From the NCBI GenBank assembly GCA_022708105.1, contig JAKIZI010000005.1, forward strand, positions 2,820 through 66,819: a stretch of DNA of 64,000 nucleotides, in the 5' to 3' direction. The DNA comes from Bacteroidota bacterium (lineage in GTDB: Bacteria; Bacteroidota; Bacteroidia; Bacteroidales; WCHB1-69). Positions 1-10,372 of the stretch are shown here, piece after piece. The translations under genes were made by a program, and so were the position numbers. Within the stretch, counting starts at the first letter, position 1; every line of letters starts with the position of its first letter. The notes beneath the pieces were generated by a model. It saw nothing but the letters and a program-made list of their open reading frames with translations, ran no database searches and was not told the DNA's origin.

Positions 1-194
<194 letters not shown>

Positions 195-233
195 TCAACA
201 AGTAACGTAATTTACATATACCGATAATCCTGA

Positions 234-1253
234 TTATTGTTCAATCAAAAAATCAAATAAATCGACAAAATCATTTGTAAGGGACATATAAGATTTTCCG
301 GGACGATAATTCTTTATAGGAATTTGGGCAGAAGTAATCCATGCACTTTGGTTTTCAACTTCAGAAATCCGAACAAAAAAATCTTCCAATGAGGTATAAT
401 ATTGATAATGGAGAATTCCTCGGCTTGTATGGAGAGCGTCATCTTCAATCATCATCAAAACTCCGGCATCTACATAAGAAATTTTATTAATAATATGGAT
501 TGTTTTTTGATAGTCCAAATGATTGAGGTAGAGATGATGGGTTGCTAATTCTCCGGCTTGTCGATTGAAAACAGCTATCAACGGATTAAAATCATAATTA
601 TGCGGGACAAAAAGTCGTGTTACGGTACCGGCTGCCTTTCCGAAATATTGAATTACATCATCAAACAAAGCGGCCAACTCCATATCGGTCTCCTTTCCCG
701 TCAACAGAGCACTGCTGCATCTCTGAGGAAATTCAAAAGTCGCCCTTTTTGAGAAATAACGATTGTGGTATTCAAAAGATCTCTGTTTTGAAGACATGAC
801 CATACAATTACATTGACGAAAATCGTCTGTTCCAATAATTCTGTCTTCAAAATTCATTTCAGGAATATCGGGATTTTGAACCAAAAAAGTCACTATAGGA
901 TTCCGTAAAAATATTTTTGGAACTACGCTACGATGTCCAGCAAGAAAGATAAGCAGCAGGCTGATAATTTCGACCAATAAATCTTCATTATTCAGAAACA
1001 ATGCGACCAATTGGGCGTTGTTCCTATTAAAATTTTTCTGAGTCGAAAGCTCCTGACAGTATTCTAAAAATTCATCGGAAAGAATATGGGGAATTGCTTG
1101 CAAAGAAGTATAGCTAAATTCTGGTAACTTCCATTTATCATAACGCGATTGTTGATAAATTACCTCCTCCAAGACTTTATCCTTATCCGATAAAAGCCGC
1201 ACCAATTCGTTACGCCAATTTCTGACAACATCAACTCGCGAATGCAAGGTCAT
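234..1253 (-). CDS. hypothetical protein (339 aa), no family recognised
   Basis: Long uninterrupted ORF, with a CAAAAATA (reverse of TAnnTTTG) box 20 nt upstream. No motif I can name. Confidence 0.5.
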   Translation of the reverse strand: MTLHSRVDVVRNWRNELVRLLSDKDKVLEEVIYQQSRYDKWKLPEFSYTSLQAIPHILSDEFLEYCQELSTQKNFNRNNAQLVALFLNNEDLLVEIISLLLIFLAGHRSVVPKIFLRNPIVTFLVQNPDIPEMNFEDRIIGTDDFRQCNCMVMSSKQRSFEYHNRYFSKRATFEFPQRCSSALLTGKETDMELAALFDDVIQYFGKAAGTVTRLFVPHNYDFNPLIAVFNRQAGELATHHLYLNHLDYQKTIHIINKISYVDAGVLMMIEDDALHTSRGILHYQYYTSLEDFFVRISEVENQSAWITSAQIPIKNYRPGKSYMSLTNDFVDLFDFLIEQ

Positions 1254-1272
1254 TTTTTCTTAATTTTAAAAG

Positions 1273-1280
1273 CAAAAATA
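1273..1280 (-). promoter_or_regulatory. putative Bacteroidota -7 box (TAnnTTTG)
   Basis: Plus-strand CAAAAATA equals TATTTTTG on the minus strand, 20 nt upstream of the ATG at 1253. Confidence 0.4.
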
Positions 1281-1365
1281 CAAAAAAGTACTCAATCAGT
1301 AAATTAAAAAAACAAAAACCCTGTTCTTCAAAGATTCCATTCCTCTTTAGTATTAAAAAAACTTG

Positions 1366-1373
1366 TAAATTTG
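1366..1373 (+). promoter_or_regulatory. putative -7 box (TAnnTTTG) for ffh
   Basis: TAAATTTG, 52 nt upstream of the ffh ATG. Confidence 0.45.
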
Positions 1374-1424
1374 CACCCTGAAAATTAAGGATATTGTTCA
1401 TCAATTAAAAAACAGGGAATCATT

Positions 1425-2759
1425 ATGTTTGAGAGTTTAACGGACAGATTGGAACGGGCGTTTAAAGTTTTAAAAGGGCAAGGATACATCACCGAGATCA
1501 ATGTAGCCGAAACCATGAAAGAGGTTCGTAAAGCTTTATTGGATGCGGATGTCAGCTACAAAATTGCGAAAGATTTTACCGACGAAGTAAAGAAAAAAGC
1601 ATTGGGGATGAATGTTTTGAAAGCCGTTTCTCCAAGTCAATTGATGGTAAAAATCGCATACGATGAACTTATTGCGTTGATGGGGCGGACTGCGGAAGAC
1701 ATCAACATCAAGTCGAATCCTTCGATTATTCTGATGGCCGGTTTGCAAGGGTCGGGAAAAACGACTCATGCTGCCAAATTGGCCTATTTATTAAAAAATA
1801 AACGCGGTAAAAAGCCACTTTTGGTAGCTTGTGACGTCTATCGTCCTGCTGCAATAGACCAACTTAAAGTGTTGGGCGAGCAGATTCAAGTGGAGGTTTT
1901 TGCAGACACTGAATCCAAAAAGCCGGTTGAAATCGCCAAAAAGGCCATTGCACACGCCAAGACATGGGGGCACGATGTGGTGATAATAGATACGGCAGGT
2001 CGTTTGGCTATTGACCGTGAAATGATGGAAGAAATCGGCAACATCAAGTCGGCGGTAAACCCGCATGAAATCTTATTTGTTGTGGATGCCATGACCGGTC
2101 AAGATGCCGTAAACACAGCAAAGGCATTTAACGATAAACTTAATTTTGATGGCGTCATCCTGACCAAGATGGATGGTGATACCCGCGGAGGTGCGGCTCT
2201 TACCGTGAAAGCCGTGGTGAATAAACCCATCAAATTCATCGGATTGGGAGAGAAAATGGAAGCTTTGGATGTTTTCCACCCCGATCGTATGGCAGAACGT
2301 ATCCTCGGTATGGGAGATATCCGCTCCTTTGTGGAACGCGCCCAAGAGCAAATCGATGAAGAAGAAGCCGCAAAACTGCAAAAGAAATTAGCAAAAAATC
2401 AATTCGACTTTAACGATTTTTTGGCACAAATACATCAGATTAAAAAAATGGGAAATGTCAAAGATTTAATGTCGATGATTCCCGGAATGGGTAAAATGGT
2501 CAAAGATATGGACATTGACGAAAACTCATTCAAAGGTGTAGAAGCCATTATTTTATCAATGACTCCCGACGAGCGAAAAAACCCCGATATTCTTAACGGA
2601 AGCAGAAAAAAGAGAATTGCGGTGGGCAGTGGAAATAACATTCAAGAGGTAAATAAACTGGTAAAACAATTTGAAGATACCCGCAAAGTTATGAAAATGG
2701 TTAACAGCGGGAAAGCCAAGAATTTAATGCAGGGATTATCCCGTCCAGGCAAACGTTAA
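1425..2759 (+). CDS. ffh: signal recognition particle protein Ffh (SRP54 GTPase)
   Basis: 444 aa. GTPase motifs GLQGSGKTT, DTAGR and TKMDGD, plus a Met-rich M domain (MGNVKDLMSMIPGMGKM). Confidence 0.95.
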   Translation: MFESLTDRLERAFKVLKGQGYITEINVAETMKEVRKALLDADVSYKIAKDFTDEVKKKALGMNVLKAVSPSQLMVKIAYDELIALMGRTAEDINIKSNPSIILMAGLQGSGKTTHAAKLAYLLKNKRGKKPLLVACDVYRPAAIDQLKVLGEQIQVEVFADTESKKPVEIAKKAIAHAKTWGHDVVIIDTAGRLAIDREMMEEIGNIKSAVNPHEILFVVDAMTGQDAVNTAKAFNDKLNFDGVILTKMDGDTRGGAALTVKAVVNKPIKFIGLGEKMEALDVFHPDRMAERILGMGDIRSFVERAQEQIDEEEAAKLQKKLAKNQFDFNDFLAQIHQIKKMGNVKDLMSMIPGMGKMVKDMDIDENSFKGVEAIILSMTPDERKNPDILNGSRKKRIAVGSGNNIQEVNKLVKQFEDTRKVMKMVNSGKAKNLMQGLSRPGKR

Positions 2760-2804
2760 TTGAAAAAAACAGTCTTCAATAGTTAATATTTCGAAAAAAA
2801 ATAT

Positions 2805-2812
2805 TAACTTTG
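2805..2812 (+). promoter_or_regulatory. putative -7 box (TAnnTTTG)
   Basis: TAACTTTG, 70 nt upstream of the ATG at 2882. Confidence 0.4.
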
Positions 2813-2881
2813 CATCTCATAGCCTTACAAGATAAAGGTTATTTGTTCTTTTTTATTTTCCCCAATTAATATTAGTAAAAT

Positions 2882-4393
2882 ATGACACTAACTCCTGAAA
2901 TAATGCTTTTGGTCGGATCAATTCTCATTTTTTTTGGAATTGTCATCTCCAAAGCAGGTTTCAAGTTCGGAGTTCCGGTATTGCTTTTGTTTCTCCTTGT
3001 TGGGATGTTGGCCGGTAGCGACGGCTTGGGCATTCAATTTTCAAGTCCCGAAATTGCCCAAGGGATTGGAATGGTTGCGTTGTGTATTATCCTCTTTTCC
3101 GGGGGGATGGATACCAAATATTCAGATATTAAGCCAATCGTCAAAGAGGGTATTACTTTGGCGACTGTGGGCGTGTTGCTCACCGCCGTTATCACAGGTA
3201 CATTTATCTGGTGGATTACCAATTATACAAAACTGCAGGACTTTGTTCAATTCAGTTTTATCGAATCCATGTTGCTGGCATCGGTGATGTCCTCTACCGA
3301 TTCGGCATCCGTTTTTTCTATTCTCAGATCAAAAAGCATTCATTTAAAAGAGAATTTGCGTCCTTTGCTGGAATTAGAGAGTGGAAGTAATGACCCCATG
3401 GCCTATTTACTAACCATTCTCTTCATTCAAATGCTACTTCCGGGAGACTCTTTTGGTGCCGGTGAGGCGGTAGGGTTTTTCTTTTTACAATTCATAATCG
3501 GAGCCATTGCAGGATTGCTTTTAGGAAAACTAAGCGTATGGATTATTAACAAAATCAATCTCGCCAACGATGGGCTTTATATGGTTACCATGTTGGTAAT
3601 TACATTTTTCATCTTCTCGGCGACGACGCTAATCAAGGGAAATGGTTATTTAGCAGTTTATCTGGGCGGATTGGTGATTGGAAACGCCAAATTCGTTCAT
3701 AAAAAATCGATTATCAAATTTTACGACGGATTGACGTGGCTATTCCAGATTATCATGTTCCTGGTATTGGGATTGTTGGTCAATCCGAAGGAACTTCTTC
3801 CCATCGCTGTTTTGGGATTAATCATCGGAGCATTCATGGTGATTTTCTCCCGTCCTATTTCTGTCATGCTTTCGCTTCTTCCTTTTAGGAAACTATCGTT
3901 TAACGCAAGAGCATACGTTTCATGGGTGGGTTTGCGCGGGGCAGTCCCCATCATCTTTGCCACCTATCCTTTGGTCGCCAATATCCCCCATGCACGAGAG
4001 ATGTTCAATATTGTTTTCTTTATCACACTCGTTTCCCTCATTGTTCAGGGCAGTACGATCCCTGTGTTTGCAAAACTATCCAGTTTGTGCCATCGTGATG
4101 AAGAAACCAAAAAGAGCGATTTTGGGTTTGATATTGAGTTTCCCGAAGAAGTAAAATCTGCCATGTCGGAAGTAAAAATTACCCGAGATAGTCTCAAGAA
4201 CGGAACAAAACTCATGGAGATTCCGCTTCCCGATAAATCATTGGTGGTGATGGTCAAAAGAGGTACTCGCTATTTCATTCCGAGAGGCAATACCCATTTG
4301 GAAGAAAATGATATATTATTAATTATTACCGACGATGAAGCTGCCTTGAAACAGACTTTTAAAGATTTAGGGCTTAAGGGCTATAAAGTATAA
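2882..4393 (+). CDS. potassium/proton antiporter, NhaP2/CvrA-like (cation:proton antiporter domain plus C-terminal TrkA-C-like domain)
   Basis: 503 aa. Polytopic N-terminal region of about 400 aa with ESGSNDPMA and VSWVGLRGAVPI motifs typical of CPA1 exchangers, followed by a soluble C-terminal domain of about 90 aa. Confidence 0.8.
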   Translation: MTLTPEIMLLVGSILIFFGIVISKAGFKFGVPVLLLFLLVGMLAGSDGLGIQFSSPEIAQGIGMVALCIILFSGGMDTKYSDIKPIVKEGITLATVGVLLTAVITGTFIWWITNYTKLQDFVQFSFIESMLLASVMSSTDSASVFSILRSKSIHLKENLRPLLELESGSNDPMAYLLTILFIQMLLPGDSFGAGEAVGFFFLQFIIGAIAGLLLGKLSVWIINKINLANDGLYMVTMLVITFFIFSATTLIKGNGYLAVYLGGLVIGNAKFVHKKSIIKFYDGLTWLFQIIMFLVLGLLVNPKELLPIAVLGLIIGAFMVIFSRPISVMLSLLPFRKLSFNARAYVSWVGLRGAVPIIFATYPLVANIPHAREMFNIVFFITLVSLIVQGSTIPVFAKLSSLCHRDEETKKSDFGFDIEFPEEVKSAMSEVKITRDSLKNGTKLMEIPLPDKSLVVMVKRGTRYFIPRGNTHLEENDILLIITDDEAALKQTFKDLGLKGYKV

Positions 4394-4493
4394 ATTCTCT
4401 ATTCTTTGTCCGCTCCTACTTTATGTCATCTCGAATAACCGCATCCTCCGATAAAATATTTTCATTCTTATATAAATCAAAAGAAAAAAAATG

Positions 4494-4501
4494 TAATTTT
4501 G
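4494..4501 (+). promoter_or_regulatory. putative -7 box (TAnnTTTG) for pyrH
   Basis: TAATTTTG overlaps the TTG at 4499 that the ORF track uses as the start. This argues for the ATG at 4517. Confidence 0.4.
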
Positions 4502-4516
4502 CAACAAATTTTAATC

Positions 4517-5233
4517 ATGAAGTATAAGAAAGTCTTATTAAAATTAAGCGGAGAATCTTTGATGGGAGATGATAATTACAGCATAGACTATCACAGAGTA
4601 AAGCATTTTGCAGATGAAATCAAGTCGGCAACCACATTAGGGGTTCAGATGGGTGTGGTTATCGGAGGCGGCAATATTTTTCGAGGATTGAATGGTGCCG
4701 GTAAAGGGTTCGACCGCAGACAAGGCGATTATATGGGGATGTTGGCCACTCTAATCAATGCGATGGCTTTACAAAATGTGCTTCAGGAAATTGGAGTTAA
4801 AGCTAAAGTTCTATCTGCCATAACCATTGAACCTGTTTGTGAAAAAACTTACTATATTAAAGCTTTACAATATATGCAGGAAGGATATGTGGTTATTTTC
4901 GGCGGCGGAACCGGAAACCCATTCTTCTCTACCGACTCCGGCGCAGCGCTTCGGGCACTCGAAATTAAAGCTGACTTGCTCATTAAAGGCACCCGTGTGA
5001 ATGGAATCTATACCGCAGATCCAGAAAAAGATCCTACGGCAATCAAGTATGACACACTCTCTTTTCAAGAAGCTTATGAAAAGAATCTCAAAATTATGGA
5101 CCTTACCGCCTTTACTTTGTGCAAAGATAATAAAATGCCTATCTGCGTGTATAATGCCAATGATAAAGGAAGTTTGATTAAAGTGCTGAAAGGTGAAAAA
5201 GTGGGCACTTTTTTACATAGTGATATTGAGTAA
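4517..5233 (+). CDS. pyrH: UMP kinase
   Basis: MKYKKVLLKLSGE..., GGGNIFRG, and GGGTGNPFFSTDSGAALRA motifs of PyrH. Start moved from TTG 4499 to ATG 4517. Confidence 0.93.
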   Translation: MKYKKVLLKLSGESLMGDDNYSIDYHRVKHFADEIKSATTLGVQMGVVIGGGNIFRGLNGAGKGFDRRQGDYMGMLATLINAMALQNVLQEIGVKAKVLSAITIEPVCEKTYYIKALQYMQEGYVVIFGGGTGNPFFSTDSGAALRALEIKADLLIKGTRVNGIYTADPEKDPTAIKYDTLSFQEAYEKNLKIMDLTAFTLCKDNKMPICVYNANDKGSLIKVLKGEKVGTFLHSDIE

Positions 5234-5249
5234 TATTAATAATATTTTT

Positions 5250-5615
5250 ATGGAAGAGAAACATATCGTGGACCAAGATCTTTATAAAACTGCCTCTAAA
5301 AGAGTCGGCTTTAAAGTACATGTAACCATTTTCTTGATTGTCATGGCTATGTTGTGGATTATTTATACGTTTATCTTCAAAAAAGAAACTCCCGAAGGAG
5401 AAGAAAACACTTTTTTTCAAGCCATTCTTTTCCTCAATTCAATATGGGCATTGGTCATTGTTGCTCATTATTTAATTGTCTATAAATGGAATAAATCCTT
5501 AATCGAAAAAGAAATTAAAAATATTGAAAAAGAAAACGAAAATTTAAAAAAGAAACTTATTTCAATACAAAAAGAACAAGAAAAAGTAAATGCTTCTAAT
5601 TCCGATAAAGTATAA
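5250..5615 (+). CDS. 2TM-domain membrane protein with C-terminal coiled coil
   Basis: Two hydrophobic helices (VHVTIFLIVMAMLWIIYTFIF, ILFLNSIWALVIVAHYLIVY) then a charged KE-rich tail. Start set at ATG 5250 because the 5193 start would overlap pyrH. Confidence 0.6.
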   Translation: MEEKHIVDQDLYKTASKRVGFKVHVTIFLIVMAMLWIIYTFIFKKETPEGEENTFFQAILFLNSIWALVIVAHYLIVYKWNKSLIEKEIKNIEKENENLKKKLISIQKEQEKVNASNSDKV

Positions 5616-5650
5616 CTTTTTTTTAATGTGAATATTAAAACAGACCTGAT

Positions 5651-6211
5651 ATGGAAGATACCAAACAATGCTTAGAACAGGCCAAGTCGAATATGGAATC
5701 GACTATTGTGTTTTTTGACAAAGAATTACAAAAAGTGCGTGCCGGCAAAGCAAGTCCTCAAATGCTGGATGGACTGAAAGTGGATTATTACGGAAATCCG
5801 ACTCCTATAGAACAAGTAGCCAATATCAACACGCCCGATGCTCGCCAAATCGTTGTTCAACCATGGGAAAGAAACATGCTCCCTATCATTGAAAAAGCAA
5901 TATTAGCAGCAAATTTGGGTTTTACGCCTCAAAATAACGGAGAATTCATTCGTATCGTTGTTCCTGCAATGACGGAAGAAAGAAGAAAAGAATTGGTAAA
6001 GAAAATCAAACAAGATTCCGAACAAAATAAAGTAATTATCCGAAATATCCGCAGAAATGCGAACGAATCTGCCAAGAAATTAAAAGATAACGGAACTCCG
6101 GAAGATGAAGTTAAGAAATTGGAAGCAGACATTCAAAAATTGACCGATGATTACGTGACAAAAATTGACAAAATAGCCGAACTCAAAGAAAAAGAAATAA
6201 TGACCGTATAA
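5651..6211 (+). CDS. frr: ribosome recycling factor
   Basis: 186 aa. LDGLKVDYYGNPTPIEQVANI, PALTEERRKELVK-like (VPAMTEERRKELVK) and IRNIRRNAN motifs. Confidence 0.95.
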   Translation: MEDTKQCLEQAKSNMESTIVFFDKELQKVRAGKASPQMLDGLKVDYYGNPTPIEQVANINTPDARQIVVQPWERNMLPIIEKAILAANLGFTPQNNGEFIRIVVPAMTEERRKELVKKIKQDSEQNKVIIRNIRRNANESAKKLKDNGTPEDEVKKLEADIQKLTDDYVTKIDKIAELKEKEIMTV

Positions 6212-6258
6212 AAACCGTATAAAAAAATTAATATTATTTATCTTAAAAAAATTGTATC

Positions 6259-6639
6259 ATGAATTTTCCTGAAAATTTAAAGTATTCAACCGACCATGAA
6301 TGGTTAAAGGTGGAAGGTGATGAGGTCTATGTAGGCATCACTGCCTATGCAGTTGACCAATTAGGAGATATTGTATTTCTTGATATTCCTTCTGTAGGTG
6401 AAACACTTACCTCAAAAGAACCATTTGGAACCGTTGAAGCCGTAAAAACCGTTTCTGATCTGTTCCTCCCCGTGGACGGCGAAGTACTCGAATTTAATGA
6501 AGCTTTAGAAGCAGACCCGGGAATTATTAATACCGATCCTTATAACGAAGGATGGATCGTAAAAATTAAACCAAGTCATCCTGCTGACATAGATACTCTT
6601 CTTGATGCAGAATCTTACAAAAAAATGATCGGCGAATAA
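6259..6639 (+). CDS. gcvH: glycine cleavage system protein H
   Basis: 126 aa. YSTDHEWLKVEG..., and the lipoyl-lysine context VEAVKTVSDL. Confidence 0.93.
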   Translation: MNFPENLKYSTDHEWLKVEGDEVYVGITAYAVDQLGDIVFLDIPSVGETLTSKEPFGTVEAVKTVSDLFLPVDGEVLEFNEALEADPGIINTDPYNEGWIVKIKPSHPADIDTLLDAESYKKMIGE

Positions 6640-6671
6640 TTTTGTCTCTTTTCAAATATTTATACTTTGTT

Positions 6672-6699
6672 AAGGCATTCTTGAACGGAATGCCTTTTA
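6672..6699 (+). terminator. rho-independent terminator after gcvH
   Basis: AAGGCATTC-ttgaacg-GAATGCCTT hairpin followed by TTAT. Confidence 0.6.
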
Positions 6700-6974
6700 T
6701 ATTGTATTTTTTATTAATCACTTAATTGTTTTTTATTATAGAAATAGCCCCATTGTTGTCAATAAAAAATACGTTTTTGTTGTTAAGCATTAAGAATAGA
6801 TAATTTTACCACAAAAACAAGGAATCTATAAGAAAATGTATTTGTCTTCATGGAGAGAATTTAAGAGTTATTGTTAGAACTATGAAATCATAAATTAGGA
6901 TTTTCAAGAAATTCCTTTTAATAATAATTTGATAAACAATAATAATATATCTTCATTCAGAATTTAATATTTTG

Positions 6975-6982
6975 TACTTTTG
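6975..6982 (+). promoter_or_regulatory. putative -7 box (TAnnTTTG) for the helicase/methylase operon
   Basis: TACTTTTG, 37 nt upstream of the ATG at 7019. Confidence 0.45.
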
Positions 6983-7018
6983 CATAAAATGATTTATAAT
7001 TTGAAATTTTTATAGATA

Positions 7019-10000
7019 ATGAGTAGTAACCATTTTATCACTAACAAAAAAGGAGAAAATTCCTTAGCTGACGTTATCAATCGTATTTTACCAACCAAAA
7101 CAAAAGCATTTGATGCACTTGTTGGATACTTTTACTTTAGCGGATTAACTGAAATATATAATAACCTTTCCGGAGTAAAAGTCCGAATTCTAGTAGGGCT
7201 AGATATGGAAAGAGAATTGATGAACAAAACTTCGGAAATTGATTTTTGGAACCAAGGACGAAAGCCGAATAAACTTACAATTCAAAAAGATTATTTTGAA
7301 TCACTAGTTAATCTTTCTAATACAAATTATTTTGATACGGAAGATCAGAAAAAAGCTTTTTCTATTTATTATCAGAAAATCAAAGATGGTTCTCTTGAAA
7401 TTCGTAAGACAAAAGAACCTTGTCATGCCAAAATGTATATTTTTAGTTTAAAAGACGAACTAAGTGAAGATGGAACAAAATTAGGAACATTGATAACAGG
7501 TTCAAGCAATTTGACTTTTAGTGGGTTACGCCGCCAAGACGAAATTAATGTCCGATTTGACGGAAATCCTGAAGTAGAAGAAGGAATGCAGATATTTGAA
7601 AATTTATGGAAAAAGGCAATTGTGATTGCTGATAAAGAAAATATTAAACCATTTGAAGATAATGTAATTAATAAAATTTGGATAGACAAACTTGTACCTC
7701 CCAATTTAGTATTTCTAAGAGTTTTACATGAATATTTTGCCATTGATTCAAGTAAACGCATCAGAACGCCATACGATATAACACATGGAAGGTTTCTAAA
7801 TCTTAAATATCAAGAAGATGCTGTCAGGTTAGCGATGCAAACCATTGAACAACATAATGGTGCAATTATAGCTGATGTAGTTGGATTAGGGAAAAGTATT
7901 ATTGCCGCAACAATTGCTAATAATTTGAATATAAGAACCATTATTATAACACCACCTCATCTTACAAAACAGTGGGAAGATTATCGTATTCAATTTAATA
8001 TCAATGCCATGGTTTTTAGTAGTGGCATTATAGAAAAAGCATATAATGAATATAATAATTTATCTCAAAATAGAGAAAAATGGCTAATTATTATTGATGA
8101 AGCACATAATTATCGGAATGAATATACAAAAGACTATTCTTTTTTAAAACAAATTTGCCAAGATAACAAAGTGTTATTGCTAACCGCCACCCCTTTTAAC
8201 AATAAACCGGAAGATATTTTTTCTATGGTTAAATTATTCCAAATTCCAGGCAAATCAACCATACAAACTGCCAGTAATTTAGGATATTATTTTCGTAACT
8301 GTATTTCCACATATAAGGATTTACGAAAATCTCAAAAAGAAAAAACTATATCCGAATCTGAATTGAAAAAAGAAACAGCCAACATTGCCAAGCGAATTCG
8401 AACAATTATACAACCTTTAGTAATAAGACGTTCTCGGATAGATCTTGAAAAAATTCCGGATTATAAAAAAGATTTGAAACGTCAAAAAATCGATTTTCCT
8501 GAAGTTGCTGACCCTATACTACTTGAATATCCTTTGGGTAATTTAGAAGATTTATACGCCCAAACGCTAAATCTTATTTCTCCCAAAAATACTATCAGGG
8601 AGACTAATAATAAAACAGAAAATCCAATTTCTTTTAAGGCAACTAGATATAAACCAATGCAATATATCAAAGAGAATTCTATCGCAGAATTACAACGTGA
8701 TATTGAAGAAGCTGGATTTGATTATGATTTATTTCGCGAGTCTCAACAGAATTTATCAAAGTTTATGCGATCTCTATTAGTTCGCAGATTTGAAAGTTCA
8801 CAAAGCGCATTTAAAACATCAATTAAAAATATGAGGAGAAATTGTGACAACATTCTTTTATGGGCTGAAAAACGCAATGCTGTCCCCATATATAAAAAAG
8901 GAAATCTGCCAGACATTAAAAGTTTGTATGATGAACCCAATGATGTCTATCCGGATCTTATTGAAGATATTGTTGGTGGCGAAATTAATAAATTGCAAGA
9001 AAAAGGACTCTTTGAAATCAAGACCAAGTATTTAAAAGAATCATTTTTTGAAGATTTAAAAGAAGATATTGCTATTCTAAAAAAAATTGAGAATGATTGG
9101 GCAAATGTAAGTTCTGACCCTAAAACAGAACATTTCATTGCCATAATAAAAGAAAAAATATTAAATGATCCCCAGCGTAAAATAATTGTTTTTACTGAAT
9201 TTGCTGATACGGCAAATTACTTAAGTGAACAACTCAAAAAATGCGACCTTCCGGTTTTTAAATACACCTCTGCTGATGCAAGCACATCAAATAAAGAAAA
9301 AATAAATTCTAATTTTGATGCAAGTTATTCTAAAAAAAATCAAAACAACGATTTTCAAATTCTTATTGCTACTGATGCTATTTCAGAGGGATATAATTTA
9401 CATCGAGCAGGTGCAATTTTCAACTATGATATTCCATATAATCCGACTCGTGTAATTCAACGTGTAGGACGTATCAATCGTATTAATAAACGAATGTTCG
9501 ATCAACTATTTATATTTAATTATTTCCCAACTGCTTTAGGAGAAGAAGAAACTCGTGGAAAAGAAATTTCAACTCTTAAAATGAATATGATACAAGCTCT
9601 TATGGGAGAAGATACTAAGATTTTAACTAAAGAAGAAGAATTACAATCATTTTTCAATGAACAATATCGAGAATTGATTAAAAAGAATGAAGAAGAATCT
9701 TGGAGTACAAAATACGAAATCAAGTTACAGCAAATGAGAGGAACACAAGAAATGAAAGAGGCTTTATCAATACCTCTACGTACTCGAATACGTCGTTTAA
9801 CTCATAAAGAACAAAAAGGGGTTTTAGTATTTGGGAAAAAAGGAAATAATTTTGTATTTAAAATCGGAAAAACTCCTTCTCTGATAGAAACTCTTGACCC
9901 TGAAAAAGCATTTTCTCTTTTTGAGCCAAACGAAGAGGATGAATTTTCATATAGTACTTCTGATAATTTTTATCCAATATACAATGCTGTTGAAAATGAA

Positions 10001-10360
10001 TTATTTAAACAAATTGATGATTCAAATATTGAAAAAAACAAACGTGATTCTATCGACAAAATTAAAATAATAAAAGATTCTGGTATTATTAAGGATGAAG
10101 AATATCTTGATGGTTTAATCGAGGCTTTAGAGTTAGAAGCATTAGAAGGATATGCCTTGAGAAAAATCAATAAACTTAAAGAAATTGATTTTCCAAAACT
10201 AAATGAAATTGTAAGTCGGGAATACTTGAATAAGATTTTAGATAAATCAAACCAGATCTCAAATGGCAAAGAAACATTAATTTTATCTGAAGAAATTGAA
10301 TCTGATTTTGCAAATCATAATTTGATGCATAATCAAAATCAAATAAGTATGAATATTTAA
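7019..10360 (+). CDS. PLD-family (HKD) nuclease domain fused to an SNF2-like SF2 helicase/translocase; putative restriction/effector subunit
   Basis: 1113 aa. Single HKD motif CHAKMYIF...LITGSSNLT (H136/K138, nt 7424..7513). SF2 motifs ADVVGLGKS (I), IIIDEAHNYRN (II, DEAH), LLTATPFNN (III) and RVIQRVGRINRI (VI). C-terminal extension of about 330 aa. Confidence 0.85.
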   Translation: MSSNHFITNKKGENSLADVINRILPTKTKAFDALVGYFYFSGLTEIYNNLSGVKVRILVGLDMERELMNKTSEIDFWNQGRKPNKLTIQKDYFESLVNLSNTNYFDTEDQKKAFSIYYQKIKDGSLEIRKTKEPCHAKMYIFSLKDELSEDGTKLGTLITGSSNLTFSGLRRQDEINVRFDGNPEVEEGMQIFENLWKKAIVIADKENIKPFEDNVINKIWIDKLVPPNLVFLRVLHEYFAIDSSKRIRTPYDITHGRFLNLKYQEDAVRLAMQTIEQHNGAIIADVVGLGKSIIAATIANNLNIRTIIITPPHLTKQWEDYRIQFNINAMVFSSGIIEKAYNEYNNLSQNREKWLIIIDEAHNYRNEYTKDYSFLKQICQDNKVLLLTATPFNNKPEDIFSMVKLFQIPGKSTIQTASNLGYYFRNCISTYKDLRKSQKEKTISESELKKETANIAKRIRTIIQPLVIRRSRIDLEKIPDYKKDLKRQKIDFPEVADPILLEYPLGNLEDLYAQTLNLISPKNTIRETNNKTENPISFKATRYKPMQYIKENSIAELQRDIEEAGFDYDLFRESQQNLSKFMRSLLVRRFESSQSAFKTSIKNMRRNCDNILLWAEKRNAVPIYKKGNLPDIKSLYDEPNDVYPDLIEDIVGGEINKLQEKGLFEIKTKYLKESFFEDLKEDIAILKKIENDWANVSSDPKTEHFIAIIKEKILNDPQRKIIVFTEFADTANYLSEQLKKCDLPVFKYTSADASTSNKEKINSNFDASYSKKNQNNDFQILIATDAISEGYNLHRAGAIFNYDIPYNPTRVIQRVGRINRINKRMFDQLFIFNYFPTALGEEETRGKEISTLKMNMIQALMGEDTKILTKEEELQSFFNEQYRELIKKNEEESWSTKYEIKLQQMRGTQEMKEALSIPLRTRIRRLTHKEQKGVLVFGKKGNNFVFKIGKTPSLIETLDPEKAFSLFEPNEEDEFSYSTSDNFYPIYNAVENELFKQIDDSNIEKNKRDSIDKIKIIKDSGIIKDEEYLDGLIEALELEALEGYALRKINKLKEIDFPKLNEIVSREYLNKILDKSNQISNGKETLILSEEIESDFANHNLMHNQNQISMNI

Positions 10361-10372
10361 AAAATATAATTT